33,651 nucleotides of DNA from Octopus bimaculoides (GCF_001194135.2 NC_068985.1:4431065-4464715), one strand, 5' to 3'; shown: positions 1 through 12,078, counted from the stretch's first letter. The notes: generated by a model from the letters alone, not told the origin. Translations and numbers: made by a program.

Positions 1-170
1 AAATCCGGATACGTTCGTGCTGCTGGTCGAGGTGAGAGGGATAACTCCCTTGGCAAACAGGACACAGTCGTGTGTCGATAAGCCAGCTGGAGGAGATGTC
101 CTCCTGGGGCTAAAAGCAACAGTAACATCCACCCCTAGGGGTCAGCCACACTTAAGTGGCAATATACTAC

Positions 171-211
<41 letters not shown>

Positions 212-411
212 TTCTCTATCTGTCTATCGCTTCTTTAAATTATATCCGTCTTTGATATAGCTTCAAGTATCGAAGTCCTATATTTGGATGATGTTTGAGT
301 TCTTTGTTCTTTTGTAGAGATTCCTTCGAATCCGCCTACTCGTTTATGCTCTGATTTCATAGTTACAACGTTTGCACCAGTTTTAGCAAACATTTGTTAT
401 GGAATCAACGT

Positions 412-775
412 GGGAACCTTTACGTATTCTCTCAGTTTGATAGAAATAACAGGCAAATCTCCATCATATCTGCTGTTGTCGTCTTGGAAAAGAAGACGGA
501 CTTCACGATTGTCTGCTTGATCAAGGCTGCCCCTGACCTGACAACACAGATATCCCTGACCACAATAGTTACAAGCAGCATCATGAATCAGCGAATTTAC
601 TGCTATTCGTCACTCGAACTGCTGGAAATGGCTGCCAAATCTCCCTAAAATTATACGATTTATTGCCTCAAATAAAGACACGCATAGTTTTAAAACAGAC
701 TGGATGGTCACGGTTGCAACGCTTTTGATCAGAAGTCTACTTTATCAGGGCTGATCTAAGCTTGAATTACATTGA
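412..775 (+). repeat. Two degraded copies (~412-548, ~596-775) of a ~200-bp dispersed repeat family with a (CAA)n-type tail
   Basis: Share GAAAT(A/G)(A/G)C..(G/C)CAAATCTCC and TGATC..G(G/A)CTG.CC motifs with copies at ~3000, ~8655, ~15550, ~21985 and ~22470. Confidence 0.6.
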
Positions 776-831
776 CAAGAAGAAAAATACTATTATAAAC
801 TAGTCTCTGATGGGAAACTAGTAGGACGTAG

Positions 832-1094
832 TGTAGCGGTAGCTAGGTAGTTGAATGATCTCTCTTGTAAGAAAGATTATAGTGTAATCTCCCTTTCGAA
901 GTTTCTCGAAGCATCTGTGTCATGAGAGGTGATTCTTAATTATTTAAGAAGTTTAGCGTTTCTCTTAGAAGATTCTAGAATGTCTAGCGTTCCATTGATA
1001 AAAACAGCTTGCTAACCCTGCTCTTCGCTTCTTAGTCGATTAGACTTAGAGCCATTCACGTCATCGCTATGTCCGTCTATTTCTCTACGCCACA
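832..1094. mobile_element. Candidate solo LTR (263 bp)
   Basis: TG...CA ends with imperfect terminal inversion (TGTAGCG / CGCCACA, 6 of 7 match), TATA-like GATAAAAAC near 997, two GAAnnTTCnnGAA motifs; no TSD visible (cgtag vs tgact). Confidence 0.4.
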
Positions 1095-1561
1095 TGACTG
1101 AAAACCACCACTTAGCTGTTATTTTTATATTTCCTATCTCTGAACTTTCTAGCATAGATTACTTCATTCAGCTAGATTCTACATTGTGATTATGTATCAT
1201 CATCGACCAGTAAATAAAATATATATTCTACGTAGTAAATATATAATTCTTGAATTTATTCTTCATCCCTATATGAACTCTTGTAATAATATACATGCAG
1301 CCACATCAACACCTTGTACTGACTATATATAACCACTACAGTAGTTTATGTACTGGAAATAGCAACCAAATGTTCATGAAATTCCACCTCAACAACCACC
1401 TTAAAAGGTTCGATCGTCACTGGATTATGTAGGCCTAAATACGGAATGTCCGATAGAAAGACAGGACATCCTTCTCTGAGTTACCATTGATCAAAGGTTT
1501 CTTCAGTCAATGAAGAGGCATTAAAATATTTTACAACTAATAATGTATAATAAAAATATTC

Positions 1562-1674
1562 AAATACAAACTTGTTACCAGTTCAAAACCGCTTGAGGCA
1601 TATTCGAACCCGTAAGGAGATCATTCATTGCATTTTGTTACGAGAAAATTTGAACTGGTAGCAAGTTTGTATTT
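1562..1674. repeat. Inverted repeat / small MITE-like element, 26-bp arms
   Basis: AAATACAAACTTGTTACCAGTTCAAA (1562-1587) pairs with TTTGAACTGGTAGCAAGTTTGTATTT (1649-1674) with one mismatch. Confidence 0.8.
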
Positions 1675-1982
1675 ATACACATCACTGCTTAGCGCTGTCA
1701 CCCAGTAAAAATATTTAAATTCCGAAGAAGAAATGCTAATACGATTCTTTTATTTCTTTGCAGCAATATTTTCTCCAGACAACTCGCGGGGGCGAAGTAG
1801 AAACAAATTACTTATTTGATAACTATTAATCTCATTTTGAGGTATGGAAAATTTTTATTACAATATTTACATCAACATTGTTCCAGTTGGTTTAATTTCC
1901 GATCGTTGCCAAGTGTATCACATGGCAAGGTTAAAAATGGGAGAATCTATAAACGAAATTTCTGTTTTTGAAAGAGAATTTG

Positions 1983-2396
1983 TAATAATCCTTTCTGTTA
2001 TAAGCACAAGGCCTAAAATTTCGAGGGAGGGGACTAATCAATTACCTCGACCCCAGTGTTTCACTGGTACTTATTTCATCGACTCCAAAAGGATGAAAGG
2101 CTAAATCGATCTCGGCGGAATTTGAACTCAGAACGTAGCGGCAGATGAAATACCACTAAGCGTTTCGCTCGGCGTGATAGCAATTCTTTTCTACAACTTG
2201 GCACAAGGCCCGAAATTTTGGGAGAGGGGAGGCAGTCGATTATATCGACCCCAGTACGCAACTGGTACTTAATTTATCGACCCCGAAAGGATGAAAGGCA
2301 AAGTCGACCTCGGCGAAATTTGAACTCAGAACGTAAAGACAGACGAAATAGCACTAAGCATTTCGCCCGGCGTGCTAACGATTCTGCCAACTCGCC
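1983..2396 (-). mobile_element. Two tandem tRNA-derived SINEs, family M (~1983-2187, ~2188-2396)
   Basis: Minus strand reads GGCGAGTTGGCAGAATCGTTAGC (A-box-like) ... GAGTTCAAATTTCGCC (B-box-like) then GTCGACTTTGCCTTTCATCCTTTCGGGGTCGATAAATTAAGTACCAG; the central part resembles the Meta-type SINE domain (recall, not searched). Confidence 0.9.
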
Positions 2397-2460
2397 GAGA
2401 ATTAGTAATAATCGCAAGTAGATCGATGGAGTGGATTTTGGACGAGAGTGTTGATACATT

Positions 2461-2723
2461 TTTTACCTTGTGTCAGTGATTAGACTGCGGCCAAGTTGGA
2501 GCACCGCCTTGAAGAACTTCAGTTGAATGAATCCAACCCAGCACTTATTTTTCTAAAAGCCTGGTTCTCATTTTATCGCTACTTTTGTCGAACTGCCAAG
2601 TTACGTGAATGTAAACATACCAAAAACTGTTGTCAAACGGTGGTGGGGGACAAACACACACACATACACATATATGTGTGTGTGGGGTATATATATATAA
2701 GTATGTGTGTGTGCATACATACA

Positions 2724-2776
<53 letters not shown>

Positions 2777-2967
2777 GTATATATATGGGTAGAGAGAGAG
2801 AGAGAGAAATAAAAGGCTTCTTTTAGTTTCCGTCTACCAAATCCACTTGCAAGTCGCTGGTCGGCCCGAGGTAATAGTAGTAGACACTTGCCCAAGGTGC
2901 CACGTAGTGGGACTGAACCCGGAACCATGTCGCTGTGAAGCAAGCTTTTTGCCACACAGCCACGCCT
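2461..2967 (-). mobile_element. Near full-length tRNA-derived SINE, family C (CORE-like head, internal microsatellite, LINE-like tail)
   Basis: Head GGCGTGGCTGTGTGG...GGTTCCGGGTTCAGTCCC...GGCACCTTGGGCAAGTG; (CA)/(TA)/(GA) tract ~2655-2808; tail GGCGGTGCTCCAACTTGGCCGCAGTC; same layout at 9602-9983 and 32787-33205. Confidence 0.9.
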
Positions 2968-2997
2968 ATCAACATTTTTTTTTCTAATTCCCTTCAA

Positions 2998-3212
2998 CGG
3001 AGCATCCCCTACTTGGTGTCTCGACCTACAACAAATAGCAGCTAAATCTCTTTCAAATCACATCCTACTTCACACTACGCCTGTCCTTTAAAAAATAAAT
3101 TCGCTAACGTGTTCTTTGGTTCCCTGTAAAAGGAGATGGTCATGGCGGGAAAGTCTTTTATTCTAGTTCTGCTCGAGCACGGTTGAATGGCGACTCTGCA
3201 ACGACAACAACA
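2998..3212 (+). repeat. Copy of the (CAA)n-tailed dispersed repeat
   Basis: CTCGACC..AAATAGCAGCTAAATCTC..TCAAATCAC ... GATGGTCATGGC ... CTGCTCGAGC ... CAACGACAACAAC. Confidence 0.7.
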
Positions 3213-4618
3213 TCGATTAAGTAAGATACACTAAATTCTCGCCGGCACCATTCACTTAGCTATGAATATAAGCGTAATCTTTTTAAATTCTCTGAGATTA
3301 TTATTTCCCAGTGTAAACTGTAGCGAGTATTGTATAGTAAAATGCAGCGCTCGATTAACCATTAAGCAAAATATACACACGCTTCGCGTATCAAGGGAGT
3401 GGGGGCGCTACGGGAATGGTAAATGGTTTACGGCACAAAATAAATCATTTAAAACTTACTCATATACTACACGAAGTTGTTTATAAGATCGGAAATATAT
3501 TTTCGAAGTGTTCATGGTATCATTGTCAGGATCTGATCAAAGACTTTACAATTAGTTGGAGAAAACTTTCTAAATAAAATGGAAGTATTCAAAAATAAAC
3601 ATTATTTTCCATCTTACTATTAGTTTTGTTTCGTTTTGGAAAATAATTATTTATTTTATAAATTCAAATTACGATAAACGTAAACAAACAAACGAAGTTT
3701 GCTTTTAGAAGCGTTGAGATGTCTTAGAAAGTTACAGAAGTGATTTTAAATTCTCAAACGCAGGATAATGCTAATAATATAACCTGAACAGGATAAGCTA
3801 CCCCTATTTTGAAGAAAAAAAAGTGTAGTTTTATAGTTTATTATTTTTTATATTTTGAACTAAATATATATATATATATATATATTTGTTAAGTGCTCAG
3901 TGCCTTTATGGATCTAAATCTGGCCCTGATAAAATGTGTTTCTTGAACTTTCAGAATTGAAAAAATGTTTTTTTCTATTTGCATGGTGAAAAATAAGAAA
4001 CAGAAAAAAAACCATCCTAATGTATCTTTTATTATATTTCTATATTATATTTATATCTAAATTGGTATGCTCATTCTAAGTTACACGGGAAAGAAGTTGT
4101 GAACTTAGAAAAAAGGCTTTTGTCTTTAGTTTTATTTCACATCTAAATATATAGTGTAGTAATATATTTATGAAATACTTTCTGTTGGTATTTTATAACA
4201 ATATATTGGAGCCTTTTAGCTCTCCGAACAACGAAATATATTGATTTATTATATAGATAGCTTCCGATTTATAAAAACGAAAATGATCGTCTGATATTTT
4301 TAATATTCTCAACGGTATTGAAACGACTTCAACATCGAATTGAAAACAGGAATCAACTTTGAAGTTGACGCACTCGTCTAAAATAGAATATTAAAATGAA
4401 GTGCAATAGTGTCGAATGACATAAACATGAACAGGGTTATATGCGGTTGATGGCGCAATAGTTATAACGATCGTTACGTTTCATGTCTCTTAATATCACA
4501 ACAAATTCCCGCCCGGATCGTGTTTGATTTTTATCCTCCTGCGGTTGATGAAATAAGGAATGGTCAACTGAGAGAATCGACAGAACTACCCATACACACT
4601 TGCAAAGTATGTGTGCAT

Positions 4619-4781
4619 AGGTACAGATGCGTCTGTGTAATAAGAAGTATGCTTCCCAACCACATGGTTCCGGGTTCAGTCTCAATTCGTCGCATCTTGC
4701 GCATGTGTTGTCTACTATAGCCTCGAGCAGACCAAAGCCTTGTGAATGGATTTAGTAAATGGAAACTGAAAGAAGCCCGTT
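4619..4781 (+). mobile_element. SINE family C, head only
   Basis: CCAACCACATGGTTCCGGGTTCAGTC...CTACTATAGCCTCG..GACCAAAGCCTTGTGAATGGATTT..GGAAACTGAAAGAAGCCCGT. Confidence 0.85.
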
Positions 4782-5070
4782 ACGGTTGAGAAATTCACTT
4801 TGTCACCACGGGTTCCTGGGTTCGATTTCCCAGCGTAGTGTCTTGGTCGAATATATTTTTAGTTTTCTTTTTTCACTGTAGCCTTGGGTCAACCCATTCT
4901 TTCTCAGTCAACCTGAACTAACGGATATTGTTTGGATTATCCATCGAATGGATTATCCTTGTACTTCAAATGGTTAGTACACGTTTCTTCGGAATACACA
5001 ACCATATTACATACTAACTCAATGAGTAGGTAATTCAGTTGATCGAACAACTGAATATTCATGGTCGAAA
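4782..5070 (+). mobile_element. Separate tRNA-like SINE fragment with 3' hairpin
   Basis: B-box GGGTTCGATTTCC near 4819-4831; perfect 9-bp stem ATTCAGTTG-atcgaa-CAACTGAAT at ~5033-5056. Confidence 0.5.
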
Positions 5071-5383
5071 TTGACGAAGATCCCTTCATTTTTTTACTTT
5101 ACTATGCTGAGAGAGCAAATCCCGCCAATATCGATGAGGTGGGTCATGTTGTGGATCAACGTTATTTGTTGATGTTAGGAATGAAGTTTAATAAAACGGC
5201 GGATGATAAAATCAGTTGAGAATTTGGGAATGGTCTGCAGCATTAAATGGTCTCTGCCTCTTCTGACCTCAGCCTCGCCCTCATCACATCTACCATTTAT
5301 TTGTCAACAGTCGATGAAATAGATTCCCGTAAAATACTGGCGTGTATTTACTTGATCTTACCCACCGACTCTCAAATACATAA

Positions 5384-5583
5384 CCTTTCTTCTATAGGGA
5401 CAGGGCCTGAAATTTGAGGAAGATATAAATCAATTACATCGACCCCACTATCCAACTGGTACTTATTGTCTCGACCCTGCAAGTATGAAAGGCAAAGTCG
5501 ACCTCGGTACGATTTGAACTCAGAACGTAAAGATGGAAGAGATACTTGTAAGCATTTTGCTTAGACTCTGCCAACTCGCCGCC
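5384..5583 (-). mobile_element. SINE family M
   Basis: GAAAGGCAAAGTCGACCTCGG..ATTTGAACTCAGAACGTAAAG...CTGCCAACTCGCC on + strand. Confidence 0.85.
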
Positions 5584-6063
5584 GTGGCTCTGAAATACCT
5601 ATCCTTGAACCGATGATCATTAGTTAACCAAAACATCTCGTGCATGTTTGTGCATTGAACAGCAGTATTTGTTCAATATGGTCTTCAGTGTTTTCCTAGT
5701 CTGCGTTCATCGATTTCAAATCGTCGCGAAACATTCGACGCCATTTGGACTGGTATCGTCTGCGTTTTGTTTTGGAGGATTTTTTTTTCTTTCCTTCTGG
5801 TGATATTCATCTTAATGTTGTTTTTGAAAACCAATCATCTGCCTGCCTATCTCACATATTCTTCTTACTCTTCTTACTTGGTATTCTAAGTTCAATTATA
5901 TCCTAGAACAACTTTTTCTTTTCTCTACATTAATGTAATCGATGATATCGATTAGATTTTTTTCCCAAAATATATGGTCTAGTCAATAGCCAATTTCAAT
6001 CGTTTTTTCAGAGCTCACATTTTGATAACTACGATAGGAACACTTCTGTTATTTAGGCTGAAC

Positions 6064-6437
6064 AAGGCGGCGAGCTGGCAGAATTGCTCTGAGTTTAAAT
6101 TCTGCTGAGGTCGACTTTGCCTTTCATCCTTTCGGTGACCTCTGGGGTCAATGTAATCGAATTAGCCCCTCCCCTGAAATTGCTGGTTTGTGCCCAAATT
6201 CGAAACTCATATTAAAGAGACTTAAGAAGGCGAGCAAGCAGAATCGTTAGCACGCCGGACAAAATGCTTAGCAGCATTTCGTCCGTCTTTACGTTCTAGT
6301 TTCAAATTCTGTCATGGTCGACTCTGCCTCTCATCCTTTTGGGATCGATAAAAGGAATACCAGTTACACATTGGGGTGGACGTAATCGACTTACTCCCCA
6401 ATGCTAAATTGCTGTCCTAGTGCCAAAATATTAAACT
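6064..6437 (+). mobile_element. Two tandem SINE family M copies (~6064-6207 with internal deletions; ~6227-6437)
   Basis: AAGGCGGCGAGCTGGCAGAA head; GAGGTCGACTTTGCCTTTCATCCTTTCGG centre; second copy GCAGAATCGTTAGCACGCCGG. Confidence 0.85.
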
Positions 6438-6724
6438 AATGTTTCGATTAAATAGTGGTGGTAGAAGCTTCCGTACATGTTCGAAGTTCCAGTGAGCTGC
6501 AAAGAGATACAGTTTATAAAAATTTCTCATAGATTTGGCATTGGATTCATTTGAACGCTCGTGCCTTTCCCAAGAGTAATATTACCCGCTTAGGAAATTG
6601 AAATAGTACCATGTCGGAATATAACATGAGCCCCGGGATTGATTTTGCAAGTGTGTGTGATACTGATCATTAAATTCTCCTGGGGAAATAAACACAACTT
6701 TCTCACATCGGTACAAGTTCAGAT

Positions 6725-6890
6725 ATTTTATCCGAAGAGTAAAGAACCGGAGTATGTCGAATATTTTCTAAGAAAATGAAAAGTAAGTCGACGCTGCCAG
6801 GATTTGAACCATGAAAGTAAATACATGTAATACAAGTAACTTAATACCGGAAGCTGATTATTCGCTATTCTATTGATTCTGCTATCCACC
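6725..6890 (-). mobile_element. Highly degraded SINE family M
   Basis: GAAAATGAAAAGTAAGTCGACGCTGCCAGGATTTGAAC resembles the family centre. Confidence 0.4.
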
Positions 6891-7919
6891 GTCGTCAAAC
6901 TAAATATATAGTGGAATATCGTTGGCCGTCCAAAAATAAATTCAAAATGTAAAACAATAGTAGGCTGAAGTCGTTTGTATATGAAGCTATGGAAATATGC
7001 GCGCGCTCGCCTGTGTGAACGCTTGTATATTTTGCTATGCATTGAGAGGCGATTTGTTTTTGGGTTTTTTTTTATTTTCTGTCGCTTTATTTTTCAAAAT
7101 TACTTTTTAACGTTGTAAGCAAAATCAAACAATATATGCGACATAGTAAAATATTATAAAGTATATGTCTGTGTTTATTCGTATCCTCACATAATAGCAT
7201 TTTGGGGAACTATATTTTATAGATTTCTTTATTCTCTATCGGTTGCAGAATTATCCAGTTCGTGTTGGTTAAACACACTCAGCTAAAACTGCTCTTATCT
7301 CCTGTTACTGCAATTATTTCCGCTGCTGATATTTCTTTTCATAAAACATTAGAAAGACAGACACCAACAAAACATTTCTTTTTATATAGGAAAAATTTCA
7401 CGTCTGCCTACATCGCCACAGACTTTGCGGTTTCGCAAATGCAGCTTCTTCTTTAGTAATCCTCGTGACTTCGTTTATATAACCTTCGCTTTGATAGTCT
7501 TCTTCAAGTACAGAAAAATCATGATGATTAACTGAATCAATCGCTAAGACATGGAAATTGTTGACACAAACTACCACCAATCAATTTATCTTTTTGAAAG
7601 TCATTCCGAAGCCATTTAACAGCGAGACACAGTGACTAGGAATGGAGTAGACGTTTTTATTATCTTAACTGATCTAAACAAAAGCGATAGACTAGCAAAA
7701 TTAGCAAAGTTTGCAGCAGTTAATGTAGTCTCTGTACGCTTTGTGTTCTAATCTTGCCAGAATCAACTTGACCGTTCTTACGAAATAGATGAAAAGTTTT
7801 AAATTTGGCTTTATACATAAAAATCCCACCCCCTTTTTTAACTGTACAAAATAGCATGTAATAAGTTCGAGGCAAATTGAATACATATTCCACCGGTTTC
7901 AATATTCATCGTCAAGTAA

Positions 7920-8135
7920 AAGGCGACGAGCTGGCAAAATCAATACCGCGCTGCACGTTTAACGACATTTCTTCGGTTTTACGTTCTGGGTTCAAAATCC
8001 GCCGAAGTCCACTTTGCCTTTCATCACTTCGAGGTCGATAAAATAAGTCCCTGTTAAATTCTGGGGTCGAGGTAATCGACTTAACTCCCTCCCCACCCTC
8101 GAAATTGCTGGCCTTGTGCGAAAATTCGAAACAAA
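7920..8135 (+). mobile_element. SINE family M
   Basis: AAGGCGACGAGCTGGCAAAATC...GGGTTCAAAATCCGCCGAAGTCCACTTTGCCTTTCATC...GAGGTCGATAAAATAAGT. Confidence 0.85.
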
Positions 8136-8439
8136 TATTTATTGGCAACTCTTTCATTTCATATGCATTTGTGACATTTTCTCGCTCTTTTAACTTTGGC
8201 GACATGTTTCTTAAAGAAAGAATCTTCTTTTCTGTCGCAGCTGTTTTGCAGTTGCTGCTGTTGAAATCAGTTCCACGCAGTTACAGAACTTGTTGAAATC
8301 CCGCTCAAAGCTAGACGTGTCGTCTGCCATTACTTCAAATCCCTTCATCTTAAAGCTGACAGCTCGATGCACTGGACTTTTGTCATACAAGCTGGTGAGT
8401 CGTCTGTTCGTTTTATTCATAGCATCTAACACCATAACC

Positions 8440-8620
8440 ATGGCTATCCTCCTCCTCCTCATCATCATCATCATCATCATCCTCATCCTCATCAACAGCA
8501 ACAGCAGCAGAAGCAGCATCATCTTTATCGTCATCAATAACAACAGCAACAATACGAGGACAACAAAATATTCTCGACTGCAGAACCATTACTACCAACA
8601 ACAACAACAGCTACAACAAT
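8440..8620 (+). repeat. Compound trinucleotide tract (CCT/CAT/CAG/CAA)
   Basis: Direct inspection. Confidence 0.9.
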
Positions 8621-8654
8621 TTCAACCCGATTACAAATGGCCAAACCCCAGGCA

Positions 8655-8887
8655 AGGGTACCTTTATGTGGCTGCTCGGATTGCTAGAAATAGCAGCTTA
8701 CTCTATCAAACGAAAAGGACAGAGCTTTAAAAAAAAGTAAGGGCACACAGTGTTGTATGTCATCCTAATGGTCGAGATACGCGCTTTCCACAGAAAAGGC
8801 GGGAATGTCAAGACTGGAATGTCTTTGATTATATAACTGCTTGATATGAGTTGACCTGGAGGTAAGCAACAACAGCAGCAACAACAC
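8655..8887 (+). repeat. Copy of the (CAA)n-tailed dispersed repeat
   Basis: TGCTAGAAATAGCAGC ... GACTGGAATGTCTTTGAT ... TTGACCTGGAGGTAAGCAACAACAGCAGCAAC. Confidence 0.7.
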
Positions 8888-8959
8888 ACTATGTCACATC
8901 TACTTTTTACGGTTAAGTCGTTGCAAAGCTTCTGATATCATTGATACTACAATCACCAC

Positions 8960-9107
8960 TGGAACTACTACAGCCAACACCACCACCACAACAACACTAC
9001 CACCGTCACCCACCAACACCACCACCAATAACAACAACAGCAGTTATTATTATTATTATTATTGTTAATATTATTGTTGTTGTTATTGTTGTTGTTGTTG
9101 TTATTAT
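8960..9107. repeat. Degenerate (CAC/CAA)n followed by (TTA/TTG)n
   Basis: Direct inspection. Confidence 0.85.
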
Positions 9108-9601
9108 TCACTGAGTGAAGTAACTGAAACGCTGCTTGCTATAGAAAGTCAACAACATTTGAAACGTCGATGTACTAAACAGAATGACCTCCCAAACTAA
9201 GATTGACCTGATCTCTTTCCTATTCCATCTGTTATGACATTTTCTGTCATGGTTACAAGAGGAGTGAAGCGCTCTTTTTCTTCTTCTTCTTTGTTTTTGC
9301 TTCGTCCATCTCATTCGTGTCCATAGTAACAACCATAATTCCACTACACAGAGGGGAAGAACGAAAATAAAAAGTGAAGGAAGGAGTACGAAATATTCTG
9401 CAAGCGATCTCCTTTGATCGTTCTTCTAATCAATACTTTGATTCAACTCGTGTGATTGGCTAAAATAAAAACCTCTCAGACAAGTTCAACTGAGTCACCT
9501 CTTCTTTCCACCCATTTTTATTCTCTTCTTTCCTTCTCTCTCTCTCTCTTTCATCCTTACTTACCTTTATTTTTTTTATTCTTTATCTTTTTATATCTCA
9601 C

Positions 9602-9983
9602 TCGTTTCTTTCATTACACTGCGACCATACTGGGGCACCACCTCCAAAAATTTTTAGTCGAACGGATCAACCCCAGTAATTAGGTTTTTTCTCTTTTTTT
9701 TTTTTGCTGTTGTTACAGGCTGGTACTTATTCCATTGGTCTTTTGCAGGGGACGTTACCACGCCAACACCGGTTGTCGATCGGTAGTGCAGGACACACAC
9801 ACACACACATACACACACACGACGGTCTTCTTTCAGTTTTCGTCCACTGAATCCACTCACAAGGCTTTGGTCGGCCCGTCGCTATAGTAAAAGACTCTTG
9901 CCCATGGTGCCACGCAGTGGGACTGAACTCACAACCATGTGGTTAGGAAACAAACTTCTTACCACACAGCCACGTCTACGCCT
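9602..9983 (-). mobile_element. SINE family C, near full length
   Basis: Tail, short (CA)n at ~9794-9820 and head CCACTCACAAGGCTTTGGTCGGCCCG...GTGCCACGCAGTGGGACTGAAC...ACCACACAGCCAC. Confidence 0.9.
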
Positions 9984-11390
9984 TTATTTACTATTTTCGT
10001 TCGTTTATCCTTCCTAACTTACTTTCTTCCTTACTTCACTCTTTCTCTCTTGATTTCATTCTTGATTTCTTCCATCATTTATTTATATTATATTTATTCG
10101 TTTTATTTATTCTTTACTTATTTTCATCGCAATTTCTTGTTTTCATGCAGTTTTTATTTAATTTTTATTTGTTCATTCATCCATTTTTATTCCTTCCTTC
10201 ATCATTTTTTCATTCGTTCATTTTGTAACTATTTCCTTTCTTCCATTTGACTTTCATTCTTAGTTTCACTCATTCTTTCTACTTTTCTTTCTTCCGTCCT
10301 TTATTTCACTGATCATTCTTTCATAATTTTTTTCTTTCTTTCATTCTTTCTAACCTTTGTTCTTTTCGTTCGTTCTTTCATTCTTCAATATTTAATTTCA
10401 TTCTTCTCTTTGTTTTATTTCTTCCTTTCATTCTTTCTTTACGTCGTTCTTTCTTTCTTTCATTCATTTAATTCTCCTTCTGTTTCGTCCTTCTGTTCAT
10501 TTAATCTTTCATTAATTCTTTCTTTCTTTCCTTCATCATCCTCACCTTCAGTCATTCGTTATTTTATTTACCGTTTTCATTCGTCCATTCTTTCTTTCTA
10601 ATTCTTTGTTTATTTATTGTTTTCGGTGGTTCATTCATATCTACTTTTCTTTTTTTACTTCCCTCTTTTCTTTCATCTTGTCATTCCTTCATTCATTCAT
10701 TTCCTTCAGTGTTTTATTTTTTCTTTCATTATTTACATCCTTCTTTTTAATATCCTTCCTTCTTTATTTCTTCTTTTCATCTCCTTCATTTCCTTCAGTC
10801 ATAAATACTTTCTATTTTTTTCTCGTTTATTCACTTCGTTTCATTCTTTATTTCCATATCATTTCTTCAAATTTCTCTCTTTCTCTTTCATCCTTCATAT
10901 CTCACTTCCTTTCTCTTTCTCTCGCTCACTTTCTCTCTCTCTCTCTCTCTCTCTCTATATANNNNNNNNNNNNNNNNNNNNNNNNNNNNNNNNNNNNNNN
11001 NNNNNNNNNNNNNNNNNNNNNNNNNNNNNNNNNNNNNNNNNNNNNNNNNNNNNNNNNNNNNNNNNNNNNNNNNNNNNNNNNNNNNNNNNNNNNNNNNNNN
11101 NNNNNATATATATATCTTTCTATCTATCTATCTATCTATCTATTTTTTCTTTCGCATTCACCTCCTTCTCAAACTCTCTATCTTTCTTTTTCGGTATTCC
11201 ATTCATCCTTCTTTGGTTTCATATTTTTTTTCTCCTTTTCATTCTCTGCCTTTCTAATTTTATTTCTTTCCCTCCTTTCTAACTCATTTTATTTCTCTTT
11301 TGTTGTTTATCTTTCTGTTTTTCTTAAAATTTATCCCTTTTTCTATTCCTCTCTCTTTCTCTCTCACTCCCCTAACACACACACACACAC
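9984..11390 (+). repeat. Long pyrimidine-rich low-complexity tract (decayed TTCA/TTTC repeats) spanning a gap
   Basis: Recurrent TTCATTCTTT-like words, G nearly absent; (CT)n and (TCTA)n near the gap. Confidence 0.85.
10962..11105. other. Assembly gap
   Basis: N run flanked by TA repeats. Confidence 1.
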
Positions 11391-11725
11391 TTGTTTCGTT
11401 AGCCCTCACTTTGAAAGAATGTCCAGAACATTCAAAGAAACGTTATGCGCGAAGATATGTCAGATGTAATATTGGTGAGAATTTGTTTTTTACTTGGCCA
11501 GCTCTTTGAAGTTTCCTTTTTCTCAAAGAAGGCAAAAGAAGAAACGGTTACAGTAGAGAATTCAAGGTTTTGCAGCAGTGGTGCTCAACCAATTTTTACC
11601 TAAGGACCTCTTCGATTCCTATTTTATTTGAACAAAACCTCATAACCATTACATGTTTTAAAAAACTTTATTGTATTTATATAATTGAATAAGATTTATA
11701 ATTCAATATTATTGAGAATTATATT

Positions 11726-12034
11726 TTTTATTTGCTTTAGTCATTCGACTGCGGCCATGCTGCAGTACTGCTTTGAGGAGCTTTAGTCGAATGAATCTAC
11801 CCCAGTACATCTTTTTTAAGGCATGGTACTTATTTTAGCGGTATGTTTTGCCGAACCGCTAAGTTGCGGGGAAGTAGACGCATCAACACCGGTTGTCAAG
11901 CGATATTGGCGAAAATCACAAAAACACACACACACACACAAACACACATATCGCTTGGTGGTGATGACTTGTACTTAAATGTGACCAAAGCCTTGTGAGT
12001 GGATTTGATATACGGAAACTAAAAGAGGCCAGTC

Positions 12035-12036
<2 letters not shown>
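11726..12036. mobile_element. SINE family C fragments: tail on minus strand (~11726-11925), (CA)n, then plus-strand head fragment (~11968-12036)
   Basis: GACTGCGGCCATGCTG..GCCGAACCGCTAAGTT..CACCGGTTGTCAAGCG; then GACCAAAGCCTTGTGAGTGGATTTG..GGAAACTAAAAGAGGCC. Confidence 0.8.

Positions 12037-12078
<42 letters not shown>

Noticed and set aside
3940-3952. Isolated perfect HSE TTCttGAActTTC
   Set aside because: A single 3-unit match is plausible by chance in 33 kb of AT-rich DNA; no promoter context
7249-7483. Possible exons after acceptor-like sites at 7248 and 7389 (e.g. EKFHVCLHRHRLCGFANAASSLVILVTSFI*, GPI-tail-like)
   Set aside because: No recognisable domain and no partner exons or clear donor; needs RNA-seq
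8211-8730. Overlapping ORFs with poly-I/Q/N/D runs
   Set aside because: Open frames arise from triplet repeats and run into a dispersed repeat; no domain or splice support
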